From assembly GCA_964512655.1 (NCBI GenBank), contig CAZEJT010000001.1:13863-77862 (forward strand): DNA of 64,000 nucleotides. Reading direction: 5' to 3'. This document shows positions 7,775 to 18,100 of this stretch, piece after piece. This DNA comes from an uncultured Chlorobiaceae bacterium. GTDB taxonomy: Bacteria; Bacteroidota; Ignavibacteria; UBA10030; SZUA-254. The position numbers and the translations under genes are program-made. How positions within the stretch are numbered: the stretch's first letter is position 1; every line of letters begins with the position of its first letter. Under the pieces are notes generated by a model. It was not told the DNA's origin. It saw only the letters and a program-made list of their open reading frames with translations, and did not search any database.

Positions 7775-9145
7775 ATGAATCCTGCCGAGATTATTCGGAA
7801 GAAACGGGCCGGATCCTCCATCGACCGCGCGGAGCTGGAATTCCTCATCGGGGGGTTCCTCAACGGCAAGGTGAAGGACTACCAGATGTCCGCCTTTCTC
7901 ATGGCGGTCTATTTCCGGGGCATGTCGTTCGAGGAAACTGTAACCCTCACCGAGGTGATGCTGCGTTCGGGCACCGTGGTGGACCTCTCTTCGGTCCCCG
8001 GGATCAAGGTCGACAAGCATTCGACGGGGGGAGTCGGCGACAAGGTCTCGCTGATCCTCGCTCCGATGGTGGCGGCCTGCGGAGTTCCCGTCCCGATGAT
8101 CTCCGGCCGCGGACTGGGGCACACCGGAGGCACTCTCGACAAGCTCGAATCGATCCCCGGGTTCAACACCCGTCTCACGCTCCGGGAGTACCGCTCCGTG
8201 ATCGAGGAGGTGGGAGCGGTGATGATCGGCCAGACAGACGAGATCGTGCCGGCCGACCGGAAGATGTACGCGCTGCGCGATGTGACGGCGACGGTCGAGA
8301 GCATCCCTCTGATTGCCGGGAGTATCATGAGCAAGAAGATCGCCGAAGGAATGGACGCCCTAGTGCTCGATGTCAAAGTCGGGCGGGGCGCCTTTATGGC
8401 AACGGAGGAGAAGGCGACCGAGCTGGCAAAAACCCTCATCGCGATCGGCGGCGCCTTCGGCAAAAGGACCATAGGTTTTCTGACGGACATGAGCCAGCCC
8501 CTCGGGCTCGCCGTGGGTAACTGGCTCGAGGTGAAGGAGTGCCTCGAGTGCCTGGAAGGGCGCGATATTCCGGACCTCATGGAGGTCACCTACACCCTCG
8601 GAGGGGCGATGGTGATGGTGGGGGGGAAAGCGGCGACCATCGAGGAGGGAATCGATCTGTGCAGGGGGGCCGTCGAAAGCGGCCGGGCTCTCGCCAAGTT
8701 CCGGGAAGTGGTCCGCCGCCAGGGGGGAGACCTGGCGGCGCTTGAGGGGGGGAGTCCGTACCCAGATCCCCGCGCTGTTCTTGAGATCGGGAGCCCTTCG
8801 GGCGGCATCATCGGCTCGATTGACGCTCTCGAGCTGGGTCTTGCCTCCATCGGCATCGGGGCGGGGCGGGTGAACGCCGAGGAGGCCATCGATCCCAAGG
8901 CGGGCATCGTGCTGAAAAAGAAGGCCGGCGACCGGGTAGAGAAAGGGGAACCAGTGGCCGTAATGTACACCGACCGGACAGAGATCGCGGCGGAGCTGGC
9001 CGAATGGATCGGCAGGACCTTTAAGATATCGGAGGGACCCGTGTCCCTTCCTCCGCTCATTCATTCCATGGTCGATGCGCAGGGGGTTCATCCCAGGCCC
9101 CGCCGGAGGGCGGCCGGGCATCGCAAGTTGAAATCTCACGATTAA
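7775..9145 (+). CDS. deoA: Thymidine / pyrimidine-nucleoside phosphorylase
   Basis: 456 aa with motifs DKHSTGGVGDKVSL and SGRGLGHTGGTLDKLESIPGF, plus an N-terminal helical domain SAFLMAVYFRGM. Confidence 0.9.
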   Translation: MNPAEIIRKKRAGSSIDRAELEFLIGGFLNGKVKDYQMSAFLMAVYFRGMSFEETVTLTEVMLRSGTVVDLSSVPGIKVDKHSTGGVGDKVSLILAPMVAACGVPVPMISGRGLGHTGGTLDKLESIPGFNTRLTLREYRSVIEEVGAVMIGQTDEIVPADRKMYALRDVTATVESIPLIAGSIMSKKIAEGMDALVLDVKVGRGAFMATEEKATELAKTLIAIGGAFGKRTIGFLTDMSQPLGLAVGNWLEVKECLECLEGRDIPDLMEVTYTLGGAMVMVGGKAATIEEGIDLCRGAVESGRALAKFREVVRRQGGDLAALEGGSPYPDPRAVLEIGSPSGGIIGSIDALELGLASIGIGAGRVNAEEAIDPKAGIVLKKKAGDRVEKGEPVAVMYTDRTEIAAELAEWIGRTFKISEGPVSLPPLIHSMVDAQGVHPRPRRRAAGHRKLKSHD

Positions 9146-9277
9146 TTTTTTATCTTTTTCACGTCTTTCACGAAGAGAAGCTTGAGTTTCTCGCTAACTA
9201 CATGTTTCATCTCCCGCCCGATTCCGAGCCCCGCAAGGGCGTCTGAATTCATTTCACATTTACCCAGGAGCAGTTGA

Positions 9278-9718
9278 ATGCCGGTCATCACCATTGCGGA
9301 CAGCGGAAAGACGATTGAAGCGCCCGAGGGCGCAAACCTTCGCAAGACGCTTCTGAAGAACGGGCTTTCCCCGTATATCGGCAAAGACCGAATTCTGAAC
9401 TGTCTCGGAAACGGCCTCTGCGGCACCTGCCGCATCGAGGTCGTCGACGGCAAGGGGGCGCCGCCGATGGGCCCTCTGGAAGAAAGCGCGCTGGTCGGGC
9501 TCGCTCCGTTCTACGGGCGGAAGATCCCGAAGAACGTGCGGCTTGCCTGCCGGATCAATCTCACGAAGGATATGACGATCAGGATGTACCCGGCCGTCGC
9601 CATCGACTGGGAGCTCACGAAGGAGCGGCTGGCAATGCTCCTCATATGGCTGATCGCGGGCGGCGCGGTTCTGGGTATCACCATAAAACTTCTTATTGAA
9701 ATCTCGACGGGCCGCTGA
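9278..9718 (+). CDS. 2Fe-2S ferredoxin-fold protein with C-terminal membrane anchor
   Basis: 146 aa with Cys cluster NCLGNGLCGTCRIEV plus a distal LAC. The C-terminal hydrophobic helix is LAMLLIWLIAGGAVLGITIKLLI. AGGAG lies upstream of the ATG. Confidence 0.7.
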   Translation: MPVITIADSGKTIEAPEGANLRKTLLKNGLSPYIGKDRILNCLGNGLCGTCRIEVVDGKGAPPMGPLEESALVGLAPFYGRKIPKNVRLACRINLTKDMTIRMYPAVAIDWELTKERLAMLLIWLIAGGAVLGITIKLLIEISTGR

Positions 9719-9821
9719 CGACGCCTCACCGAGCGTACTCTATCCTACCCCACCCGCTTTCGCTGCGCGGGAAGCAAACACCCCTTACAACTCCCAGCTC
9801 TGTTCAGTCCGTAACCCTGGA

Positions 9822-9845
9822 ACGCGGGCTAATGCCCGCGACTAG
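9822..9845 (-). repeat. REP-like palindromic element (variant: loop TAAT, tail CTAG)
   Basis: ACGCGGGCTAATGCCCGCGACTAG, with a 7-bp stem CGCGGGC/GCCCGCG. It lies downstream of the ferredoxin gene. Confidence 0.7.
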
Positions 9846-9882
9846 CTCATTTTCAGGGACCCAAATAAAACGTTCAAAATGC

Positions 9883-9910
9883 TTGACATTGTAGGGGTGT
9901 TTATTATATT
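9883..9910 (+). promoter_or_regulatory. Sigma-70-like promoter candidate upstream of the histidine kinase
   Basis: TTGACA (9883-9888), a 16-nt spacer, then TATATT (9905-9910), inside an AT-rich island 50 nt upstream of the GTG start at 9960. This is pattern only; the promoter consensus of this taxon is unknown. Confidence 0.3.
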
Positions 9911-9959
9911 GAATGAAAAATTTAGCGAGATTTAGCAAGATTTGATACTACGAGGCTAA

Positions 9960-12900
9960 GTGCTCTCTTTCAAGTCTTTCTCCCTCGCGGGGGCTCTTCT
10001 TGTAACATCCCTGGGCGGCGCCGTACTGGTCGGCTGGCTCGTCGGGAATGAATCACTCACGAGCGTTCTGCCGGGCCTGAGCGCGATGCACCCGAGCACC
10101 GGGCTCGCGTTCGCCCTCGCCGGGATCGCGCTCATGACTCTGCAGACCAGGCATCGGCCGCTTGCCATCAGGATCATGGCGCAGGTGTTCTCCTTCCTGG
10201 TTGCGCTCATCGGATTTCTCTCTCTCGGAGAGCTCCTGCTGGGCATCGATGTGGGCCCGGATTTCTGGCTCGCGGAAATCAGGGCGGGAGCGGGCGCGGC
10301 CGGAGCGCATGCCGGAGTTCCGCTTGCGACCTCCTGCTCTCTGATGTTCCTCGGTTCGGCTCTCTCGCTCCTTCAGGTCAGGCGCAATCTCCGCCTGGTC
10401 AGGATCCTGACGTATGTCGTGATGACGATCGCCACGATCGCCGTCGTGGGGCATGCGTTTGCGGTTGAGTCGCTCGACAGCACTCCGTTCTACGCCCGCA
10501 TGGGCGTCCACACCGCCTGGTCGCTGCTCGTCCTTTCTCTTGCGCTCCTCTTCGCCCATCCGGACCGGGTGCACGTATCCCGGCGCATCATCGAGACGGT
10601 GGTCATCGCGGCGTCGTATCTGCTTGCCGCAAAGATGAGCTTCTCGATGGCGATCGCCCCCGGAAACGTCTCGGTTGTGTGGCCCCCCTCGGGAATCGCT
10701 CTCGCGGCGATCCTGCTGCTCGGCGAGCGGGCGTGGCTCGGCGTTTGGCTCGGCTCGTTCATCGCGAATACGTGGTTCTTCGCGGGCGTGACCAACCCGT
10801 TCTCGATGCTCGCGTTCATGACTTCGTCCACCATCGGCATAGGATCGACCCTTCAGGCGGTTCTCGGCGCCCTGATGATCCGCACGTTCGTGGGCTCCAA
10901 AGATCCGCTCGACGGCGCGCAGAGCGTGTTCGCTCTGGTCGTTATCGAGGTGTACTGCTGCTTCGTGGCTCCGACGTTTGGCGTGACGGCGCTCTGTCTT
11001 GCGGGCTATGCCCCCTGGGAGAATTACAGCCACCTCTGGTGGACCTGGTGGACGGGCGACGGAGTGGGGGTCATCTTGTTCGCTCCGTTCCTCCTGACCT
11101 GGAGCAGCATGCCCAGAGTGAAGTTCAATGCGCGAAGGTTTTTCGAGGGGGCTGCGCTCGTGCTCCTTACCTTCGCTGTGTGCCAGTATGTGTTTGAGTG
11201 GCCCCTCTCGGTTCCCGGAATTCACTACCCGTCGCCGTATCTGATCATCCCGTTTGTCGGGTGGGCGGCTCTCCGCTTCGGACGGAGGGGCGTCACAGTC
11301 TCCCTCCTTCTGGTATCCATCGTGGCGATTGCCAGCACGACGACCGGCCGGGGACCCTTCAGCACATCCGCGGCGGACGGCGGGTTGTCGCAGCTGCAGA
11401 CCTATCTCGGTTTCCTCTCGGTTCCCGTGCTGATCCTTGCCGCGGCGATCGACAATTTCCGGAGATCGAACCGCGAGCTGATAGATATAAGGGGGGAACT
11501 GGAATCGATCGTGCGGAAAAAGACGGGAGATTTGAAAACCGCGCACGAGGCGCTCCGCGCCGAGGCCGACGGACGCAGGCAGACCGAGGAGGAGCGGCGG
11601 AAGGGCGAGGAACAATTGAGGCTCATTCTCTCGAGGGTCACGGACAACGCGATCTTTATGCTCGACCCCCAGGGGATCATCGTGAACTGGGGAGAAGGCG
11701 CGAGAGCGATCCACGGATACGATGCGGATGAAATCACGGGCCGTCATTTCTCGGTGCTCTACCCCGATGAGGAGCTGAAATGGGGGAAACCCGACATCGA
11801 GCTTGAGATCGCGCGGGAAGAGGGGAGGCTGGAGGACGAAGGGTGGCGGCTGCGCAAAGACGGCTCGCTCTATTGGGCGAGCGTCGTGATCACAGCCCTC
11901 AGGGAGTCTGGCGGGCGTCTTCAGGGGTTTGCGGCGATCACCCGCGACATTACGTCGAGGAGGAAAGCGGAAGAGGAACTCCGGCGGGACCGGAAGGAGC
12001 TGCAGGAGTTCATCGACAGCATGGCGACCCTGAGCGCCAAGGTCTCCCTCGACGGGAGCCTTCTCCTCGTCAACAGGATCGCCCAGCTCGGCACCGGCCT
12101 TCCCCTCGAACAGCTGATGAAGATCAACTTCCTGGACGGGGAATGGTGGTCGTTCGATCCCGAGGTCCACTCGCGCGTCCGCGAGGCGTTCCAGAAGGCC
12201 AGCGCCGGAACGCCCGTCAATTACGACGAGAAGCTCTTTGTCTTCGGGAAGGTCATCCATATCAACTTCAGCCTCGTGCCGGTGAAGGATAGGGACGGAA
12301 GAGTGCTTTACATCGTGGCTGAAGGGAGGGACATCACCGCGCAGAAAACGGCAGAGGAAGCCGTGCGCGACAGCGGCCAGCGGATCAGGAGTCTCGCGAA
12401 AGAGCTGGAGCGCCGCATCGCCGAGCTCGACGCGGTGAACAAGGAGCTCGAGGCATTCAGTTACTCCGTTTCACACGACCTTCGCACGCCGCTCCGCCAC
12501 ATCGGGGGCTTCGTGGACCTCCTGAAGGAAGAGCTTGGGGGCTCGCAGAGCGCCAAGGGACGCCATTACATCGAGGTCATCTCGGGCTCGACGACGCAGA
12601 TGGGGACGCTGATCGACGACCTCCTCCTCTTTTCGCGCATGGCGCGGGTGGCGCTTCAGCGGTCGAATATCGATCTGGCAGAGATCGTGGGAGAGACCAT
12701 CCGTTCGCTCGAGCCCGACACGAAGAAGAGGGAGATCGAATGGAAGATCGGCGAGCTGCCCCGAGTGGAGGCGGACGGCTCGCTGATGCGGCTCGTCTTC
12801 GAAAACCTCCTCTCGAACGCGGTCAAATACACTCGTCCCCGCAAGAAGGCAGTGATCGAAGTAGGCTGGGTGGAAAGCAACGGACACGAAGCCTCGTTTT

Positions 12901-13121
12901 ACGTGCGCGATAACGGAGTGGGTTTCGACATGCAGTTCGCGGACAAGCTCTTCGGCGTGTTCCAGCGCCTGCACAAGGCGGAGGAATTCGAAGGAACCGG
13001 AATCGGGCTGGCGAACGTCCGGCGGATCGTTCAACGTCACGGGGGGAGGACCTGGGCCGAGGGAGCAGTGGGCCGCGGCGCCACGTTTTATTTTTCCCTT
13101 CCGACGAACAGGGAAACCTGA
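9960..13121 (+). CDS. Sensor histidine kinase with polytopic N-terminal membrane domain and PAS modules
   Basis: 1053 aa. It has a roughly 470-aa multi-TM region, a coiled coil and PAS-like modules (DNAIFMLDPQGIIVNW..., FSLVPVKDRDGRVLYIVAEGRDIT). It also has the H-box FSYSVSHDLRTPLRHI and ATPase boxes LLSNAVKYT, DNGVGFD and GTGIGLANV. Confidence 0.9.
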   Translation: MLSFKSFSLAGALLVTSLGGAVLVGWLVGNESLTSVLPGLSAMHPSTGLAFALAGIALMTLQTRHRPLAIRIMAQVFSFLVALIGFLSLGELLLGIDVGPDFWLAEIRAGAGAAGAHAGVPLATSCSLMFLGSALSLLQVRRNLRLVRILTYVVMTIATIAVVGHAFAVESLDSTPFYARMGVHTAWSLLVLSLALLFAHPDRVHVSRRIIETVVIAASYLLAAKMSFSMAIAPGNVSVVWPPSGIALAAILLLGERAWLGVWLGSFIANTWFFAGVTNPFSMLAFMTSSTIGIGSTLQAVLGALMIRTFVGSKDPLDGAQSVFALVVIEVYCCFVAPTFGVTALCLAGYAPWENYSHLWWTWWTGDGVGVILFAPFLLTWSSMPRVKFNARRFFEGAALVLLTFAVCQYVFEWPLSVPGIHYPSPYLIIPFVGWAALRFGRRGVTVSLLLVSIVAIASTTTGRGPFSTSAADGGLSQLQTYLGFLSVPVLILAAAIDNFRRSNRELIDIRGELESIVRKKTGDLKTAHEALRAEADGRRQTEEERRKGEEQLRLILSRVTDNAIFMLDPQGIIVNWGEGARAIHGYDADEITGRHFSVLYPDEELKWGKPDIELEIAREEGRLEDEGWRLRKDGSLYWASVVITALRESGGRLQGFAAITRDITSRRKAEEELRRDRKELQEFIDSMATLSAKVSLDGSLLLVNRIAQLGTGLPLEQLMKINFLDGEWWSFDPEVHSRVREAFQKASAGTPVNYDEKLFVFGKVIHINFSLVPVKDRDGRVLYIVAEGRDITAQKTAEEAVRDSGQRIRSLAKELERRIAELDAVNKELEAFSYSVSHDLRTPLRHIGGFVDLLKEELGGSQSAKGRHYIEVISGSTTQMGTLIDDLLLFSRMARVALQRSNIDLAEIVGETIRSLEPDTKKREIEWKIGELPRVEADGSLMRLVFENLLSNAVKYTRPRKKAVIEVGWVESNGHEASFYVRDNGVGFDMQFADKLFGVFQRLHKAEEFEGTGIGLANVRRIVQRHGGRTWAEGAVGRGATFYFSLPTNRET

Positions 13122-13162
13122 GAGAACCCGGTCACGCCGTGACGACGCGGGCGGGGAGGAAG

Positions 13163-15865
13163 CTACTGTGTCGCGAACGTATTCCTGAGGACCTGAAACC
13201 AGTTCGTGATCAGCGTGAACTCCGGGGTGCTCAGGTCCTTCCAGGGCAGCACAATCAGGGCGAATTTCCCGCCATCATTCGATATGCCGCTGAGTACCGT
13301 GCCGTCGGGCGGAAGTTCGAGGACGTTTCTCGGGGAGGAATAGTCAAATGCGCTTCCCGGATGAATGGTTACCCCAAAGACCGTGGACCCCTGCGTGTAG
13401 TAGATCTCGTTTCCCGACGGCGACCAGATCGGATTCGTTCCCCCGCCTGAAGAAACCTGCCATTTCCCGCTGAGCGACGGGAACGGGACGATGACCACTT
13501 CGTATTTACCGGACTCGTTCGATTCGTACGCGAGATAGCGGCCGTCCGGTGAAAAAACGGGGTTTCCCTTGGTAGCGGCGGAATGAATGAACGCCGATGT
13601 TTTCCCGCTCCCGTCGAGAGATAACAGCCAGATATCCCCGTCCTGCACAAACGTCAAGTATTTTCCATCCCGGGAAATCGATTTGGGGAGTTGAAAGTGA
13701 GAGCTCGTCGTCAACCGTTCCTCGCTGCCGGAACCGTCCCAAGGCCTCCGGTAGAGATTGGGTGCGTGTCTGTGCTCGGAAGTATAGTACAGATACTTTC
13801 CGTCCGGGCTCCAGACCGGGAAGCCGTTATTCCCGTCTCCGAATGTCAGACGCGTCATGCTTTTCCGTACGATATGATACAGCCATATGTCATCATTCGC
13901 CTGTTGGATATGGACCGCGACTTTCTGCCCGTCCGGCGAGAGCGAAGCAGCGTAATACGAATTGGCGGTATCAATGAGGGGACTCAGGTTCCCGTGCATG
14001 TCGATCCATTTGACTTTGCTGATGGAATAGAACTCGATTCCCCGGGGGACATAGAGAAGAATCCCGTCACGGGAGAAGGCAAAGTTGGCGTCTCCGGAAA
14101 AAGGATTCATCCAGCCGCCTCTGAAGAGCTGCTTCGGGGGGCCGGTCACTTCCATCTTCCCGGCATCGAAAGGAACGGCAAACACGGAACTTCCCCGGAC
14201 ATACACAAGATGACCGGTGGGGACATACCGTGCGAACGCTCCGCCGCGTATCAGGACCTTCTTCGACCGGCTTTTCATGTCGTACGCGGCGATCGCCGCC
14301 TCTTCGAATGAAGAAATGGTATTGAACTTCACCGTGTAGAGTACGCCGTTTCCGCCGGGGAGGAGATCGGGAAACCGATGGCTGATTTCCCCCGCGGTGG
14401 AATCGATCTGAGTGATTTGTTCGGGCGTGCCTCCGTTTTCATTGATCCGGTACACGCCTCCGCTGATGACGCCGTAATAGATGTTCCCGTCGGCTCCCCA
14501 CCTCATTCCCCGGATTGCGCCCCCGGCATCCCCCACAGTAACGGCGGCTCCGCCGAACACCGACACTTTCCGGATGAGAGTGTTCACGGCATAGGCAATC
14601 CATTGACCGTCGGCTGAGAAGGCGCTGAAATATGTCGCGGTAGAGAGCGGGATATCGGAACCTGCAACAGGCTCGAGAACATCCCGATCGGTGGGTCGCA
14701 GCATGAGCCGGGCCTGTGCGCCCGATTGAATGATGAACGACATGAATTTGCCGTCGGGAGAAATATCGACCGCCGAAAACCCTATGGGAATCGAGGCGCT
14801 GTCGGGGAGCTTCACCGTAAACTGCATGGACGAAGGGGCCTGACGCTCTGCTCCGCTCCAGGGGCGCCAGAATAAGCCGGTCACGATCACGCCCGCGGCG
14901 AATGCCGCGGCGATCCAGAGAGCCGGTTTCGCAGCGGTCTTGGCCGGCCGCGCCGCCTCAACCCCGGCGGGCGGCTGAGCGGCCGGGGCCGTGGCCGCGC
15001 GCTCTGTCGTCAACGCGGGGAACGTGCGCGACATGCGCGTGCGGCTCGATTCGCGCTTGAACCGCTTCAGGTCCTTGGCAACGTCTTTCACCGCGTTGTA
15101 CCGCTCGTCCGGATCTTTCTGCAGACATTCGAACACGATGCGGTCGAGCTCGGGGCCCACGTCCCTCCTGACTGCGCTCATCGGAGGGGGGTCGACGTTC
15201 ACGATTTCGTACATCAGGGCGCTTTCGTGCACGCCCTTGAAGGGGAGTTCACCCGTGAACATTTCGTAGAGCATGACGCCGAGCGAGAAGATGTCGGAGC
15301 GGTGATCCGATTCCTGCCCCTGCACCTGCTCGGGGGACATGTACCCGGCGGTGCCGACGGTGCTCCCTTCTTTTGTGAGACGCGTGATCTTGCTGCCCCC
15401 GGCCCGGAGCTTCGCCAGTCCGAAATCCATGATTTGCGCAATGCCGTCCTTGCGGATCATGATGTTTTCGGGCTTGATGTCGCGATGGACGATTCCTTTT
15501 TCGTGGGCCGCGGAGAGGCCCTCGGCGACCTGGATTCCGATGTCGATGGCCTTATGCTGGTTGATGCTTGAAAACCTCTCACGCAAGGTCTGACCCTCGA
15601 CGAATTCCATCACGATGAAGATCCGCCCTTCGTGTTCGAGGATATCATGGATGGTGCAGACGTTCGGATGATTCAGCGTTGCGGCGGCTTTGGCCTCCTG
15701 CACGAAACGGGCTTTGTCCTGCTCGGACGCGCTGAGGTGAGGGGGGAGAAACTTCAGGGCGACGGTCCGGTCGAGCTTGGTGTCCTGGGCCTTGTAGACG
15801 ACGCCCATCCCGCCTTCGCCGACTTTTTCGAGAATCTTGTATTGAAGGATTACGGTGCCGACCAT
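13163..15865 (-). CDS. Ser/Thr protein kinase fused to a TolB/PD40-like beta-propeller
   Basis: 900 aa with Hanks motifs GEGGMGVVYKA, VALK, HRDIKPENI, DFGLAK and GTAGYMSPE. It has one TM segment (ALWIAAAFAAGVIVTGLFW). The C-terminal ~550 aa has recurring SPDG/SxDG blade motifs. Confidence 0.9.
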   Translation of the reverse strand: MVGTVILQYKILEKVGEGGMGVVYKAQDTKLDRTVALKFLPPHLSASEQDKARFVQEAKAAATLNHPNVCTIHDILEHEGRIFIVMEFVEGQTLRERFSSINQHKAIDIGIQVAEGLSAAHEKGIVHRDIKPENIMIRKDGIAQIMDFGLAKLRAGGSKITRLTKEGSTVGTAGYMSPEQVQGQESDHRSDIFSLGVMLYEMFTGELPFKGVHESALMYEIVNVDPPPMSAVRRDVGPELDRIVFECLQKDPDERYNAVKDVAKDLKRFKRESSRTRMSRTFPALTTERAATAPAAQPPAGVEAARPAKTAAKPALWIAAAFAAGVIVTGLFWRPWSGAERQAPSSMQFTVKLPDSASIPIGFSAVDISPDGKFMSFIIQSGAQARLMLRPTDRDVLEPVAGSDIPLSTATYFSAFSADGQWIAYAVNTLIRKVSVFGGAAVTVGDAGGAIRGMRWGADGNIYYGVISGGVYRINENGGTPEQITQIDSTAGEISHRFPDLLPGGNGVLYTVKFNTISSFEEAAIAAYDMKSRSKKVLIRGGAFARYVPTGHLVYVRGSSVFAVPFDAGKMEVTGPPKQLFRGGWMNPFSGDANFAFSRDGILLYVPRGIEFYSISKVKWIDMHGNLSPLIDTANSYYAASLSPDGQKVAVHIQQANDDIWLYHIVRKSMTRLTFGDGNNGFPVWSPDGKYLYYTSEHRHAPNLYRRPWDGSGSEERLTTSSHFQLPKSISRDGKYLTFVQDGDIWLLSLDGSGKTSAFIHSAATKGNPVFSPDGRYLAYESNESGKYEVVIVPFPSLSGKWQVSSGGGTNPIWSPSGNEIYYTQGSTVFGVTIHPGSAFDYSSPRNVLELPPDGTVLSGISNDGGKFALIVLPWKDLSTPEFTLITNWFQVLRNTFATQ

Positions 15866-15922
15866 GGGTTCACAAAATAGTTATTGTCCGGGAGACTCTC
15901 AAGCTGGCGCCTAAAGCTCGCG

Positions 15923-15952
15923 CTGGTGTCACGGTATGGACCGTGATACCAG
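15923..15952. repeat. 30-nt palindrome, family P, copy 1
   Basis: CTGGTGTCACGGTATGGACCGTGATACCAG, a 13-bp stem with one mismatch and loop ATGG. It lies just downstream of the suhB 3' end. Confidence 0.8.
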
Positions 15953-16016
15953 TTGAATCGGCGCCTACATCCGGCCCATTCCGCCGGTGCATACACCCGG
16001 CGCCGAAAGCCCGCGG

Positions 16017-16799
16017 TCACAGTGGAGCCGGAGCCGCGGCGAGGGTGTCGGCCATTTGCCGGTGCACGAGGCCGTTGCTTGCCAGAACCTCGGGCTTGTA
16101 AATGCTGTACGGTCCTCCGAAAAAGTCGGTCACGCGCCCGCCCGCCTCCTCCACCAGCAGAACCCCCGCGGCAGTGTCCCACGGATTGAGCGCCACTTCC
16201 CAGAAGCCCTCGTAGCGGCCGGCGGCGACGTACGCGAGGTCGATTGCCGCCGAGCCCATCCGCCGCACCGCCTGCGACTTCCGCAGGAACCTGATGAAAT
16301 GCTCTATTGCGTGCGAGGGGTTATCGGCGATCGTGTACGGAAAGCCGGTCACCAGCAGGCTCCTGCCCAGCGAGTCGATCCGGGAGACATTCATACGCTT
16401 TCCGTTGAGATAAGCTCCCTTTCCCTTTTCCGCCGTGAAGAGCTCGTCGAGGTTCGGATCGTAAATCACTCCCGCGACGACCGTTCCTTTTCGTTCTACC
16501 GCGATGGAAACGCAGAAGACCGGAAAACCATGCGCATAGTTCGTCGTGCCGTCGAGAGGGTCGATGATCCACTTGAACTCGGAATCCGATCCGCCTCTTC
16601 CGCTCTCTTCCGCCAGGATTGCATGGCCGGGATGGCGCCGCCGGATGATCCCGATTATCAGATCCTCGGACTTCCTGTCAACCTCGGTCACGAGGTTCTT
16701 CTCCTGTCCGGATTTCTCCCGGATCTCTCTCACCCTCCCGAGGTGATGCTTGAGGAGCTTGCCGGCTTCCCGGGCCGCCTCTATTGCTGTCTGGATCAA
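16017..16799 (-). CDS. suhB: Inositol monophosphatase family protein
   Basis: 260 aa with motifs ILAEESG and WIIDPLDGTTNYAHG, and a C-terminal WDTAAG. The TTG start overlaps the hflX stop (TTGA). Confidence 0.85.
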   Translation of the reverse strand: MIQTAIEAAREAGKLLKHHLGRVREIREKSGQEKNLVTEVDRKSEDLIIGIIRRRHPGHAILAEESGRGGSDSEFKWIIDPLDGTTNYAHGFPVFCVSIAVERKGTVVAGVIYDPNLDELFTAEKGKGAYLNGKRMNVSRIDSLGRSLLVTGFPYTIADNPSHAIEHFIRFLRKSQAVRRMGSAAIDLAYVAAGRYEGFWEVALNPWDTAAGVLLVEEAGGRVTDFFGGPYSIYKPEVLASNGLVHRQMADTLAAAPAPL

Positions 16800-18100
16800 G
16801 CCGATCGGGGGGCTGCGGGGGTTCGGTCCACGCCGCTCGCTCGCGCGAGCAGCTTCTTCACGCGGTCGATATTTTTTCGGTTCACCCTGAACCGGACGCG
16901 CACGCTGTTGTCCTCGTATTCCTTGGCGACGATCTCCGTGAGCTCGTGGAGCTTGGCGATGGTGCGGTAGTCGGACTGCCTGACGACGATCGTCTCCTCG
17001 GCGGTGCCCCTGTCGAGGAGCTCGAGAAGGGCTTCTTCCACCGCCGATATGTTGATTGCCCGCGCCGCCGAGATGAACACCGAGGGGGTGTAGGCCTCGG
17101 CGAGGGAAGGGATGATCGAGCGGTCCGCCAGCCTGTCGATCTTGTTAAAGACGAAGATCGTCGGCTTTCCTGAGGCCTCGAGCTCGTCGAGGGTCGCTTT
17201 CACGACCTCGATCTGCTCTGCGAATGCCGGGTTGCTGATGTCGACGACGTGGAGGAGGTAATCGGCCTCCGATGCTTCGGCGAGAGTGCTCCTGAAGGAG
17301 GCGATCAGGTGCGGGGGGAGTTTCCGGATGAATCCGACCGTGTCCGAAAGGAGGATGCTTTTCCCACCCTCAAGCTCGACATTCCGGACCGTCGTGTCGA
17401 GCGTAGCGAACAGGCGGTCTTCGGTGGGAACATCCGCCCCGGACATCAGGTTGAGGAGCGTCGATTTACCCGCATTCGTGTATCCCACGATGGCGGCGCG
17501 CGGCTGGCCGCGTCTTCCGCTGCGCTGAACCTCGCGTTCCTTGCTGATCCGCTCCAGCTTCTCTTTGAGGCGGCTGATTCGCGTGCGGATAGCCCTGCGG
17601 TCTGTCTCGATCTGCTGTTCGCCGGGCCCTTTCGTGCCCACGCCCCCGTACTGCTTCGAAAGGTGCGTCCACTGTCTCGTGAGGCGGGGGAGAAGGTACT
17701 GAAGCTGGGCGAGCTCGACCTGTGTCATCGCTTCCTTCGTCTTCGCGCGTGACGCGAAAATCTGAAGGATCAGGCTGCTCCGGTCGATGATCTTGCACGG
17801 TATGAGTTTTTCAAGATTACGGATCTGGACCGCCGACAGGTCGTCATCGAAAATCACCGCATCAATCTTCTCTTCGGCAACGATGGCGCCTATTTCCTCC
17901 GCCTTGCCGCGGCCGATGAAGAGGGCCGGATCAAGCCGCCCGCGCTCCTGCGTCACTCTCCGGCGCACGTCGACTCCGGCCGTATCCGCCAGGAGCACGA
18001 GCTCGTCGAGATACTCCATGTTCTTCGCGCGATCCGTCCGCCCGGTTGCGACCCCCACGACGAGAGCGCTCTCGCGCCCCGAAGTCTCGACGAGCCTCAT
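16796..18100 (-). CDS. hflX: GTPase HflX
   Basis: HflX N-terminal domain plus G-domain (GYTNAGKSTLLN, DTVGFI, NKID). The probable start is ATG 18100, which overlaps the upstream stop as ATGA. The track start at 18202 would overlap the upstream gene. Confidence 0.9.
   Translation of the reverse strand: MRLVETSGRESALVVGVATGRTDRAKNMEYLDELVLLADTAGVDVRRRVTQERGRLDPALFIGRGKAEEIGAIVAEEKIDAVIFDDDLSAVQIRNLEKLIPCKIIDRSSLILQIFASRAKTKEAMTQVELAQLQYLLPRLTRQWTHLSKQYGGVGTKGPGEQQIETDRRAIRTRISRLKEKLERISKEREVQRSGRRGQPRAAIVGYTNAGKSTLLNLMSGADVPTEDRLFATLDTTVRNVELEGGKSILLSDTVGFIRKLPPHLIASFRSTLAEASEADYLLHVVDISNPAFAEQIEVVKATLDELEASGKPTIFVFNKIDRLADRSIIPSLAEAYTPSVFISAARAINISAVEEALLELLDRGTAEETIVVRQSDYRTIAKLHELTEIVAKEYEDNSVRVRFRVNRKNIDRVKKLLARASGVDRTPAAPRSA

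Noticed and set aside
9142-9453. 103-aa minus-strand ORF; a 36-aa version lies in the deoA-ferredoxin gap
   Set aside because: Most of it is antisense to the ferredoxin gene. The intergenic part has no SD and an AT-rich tail that looks like promoter or terminator sequence rather than coding sequence.
10053-12260. 735-aa minus-strand ORF
   Set aside because: It is antisense to the histidine kinase and has extreme Arg/Glu/Asp/His/Pro composition (e.g. RRRDDHRLDDAPGY). It has no start context and no recognisable domain.
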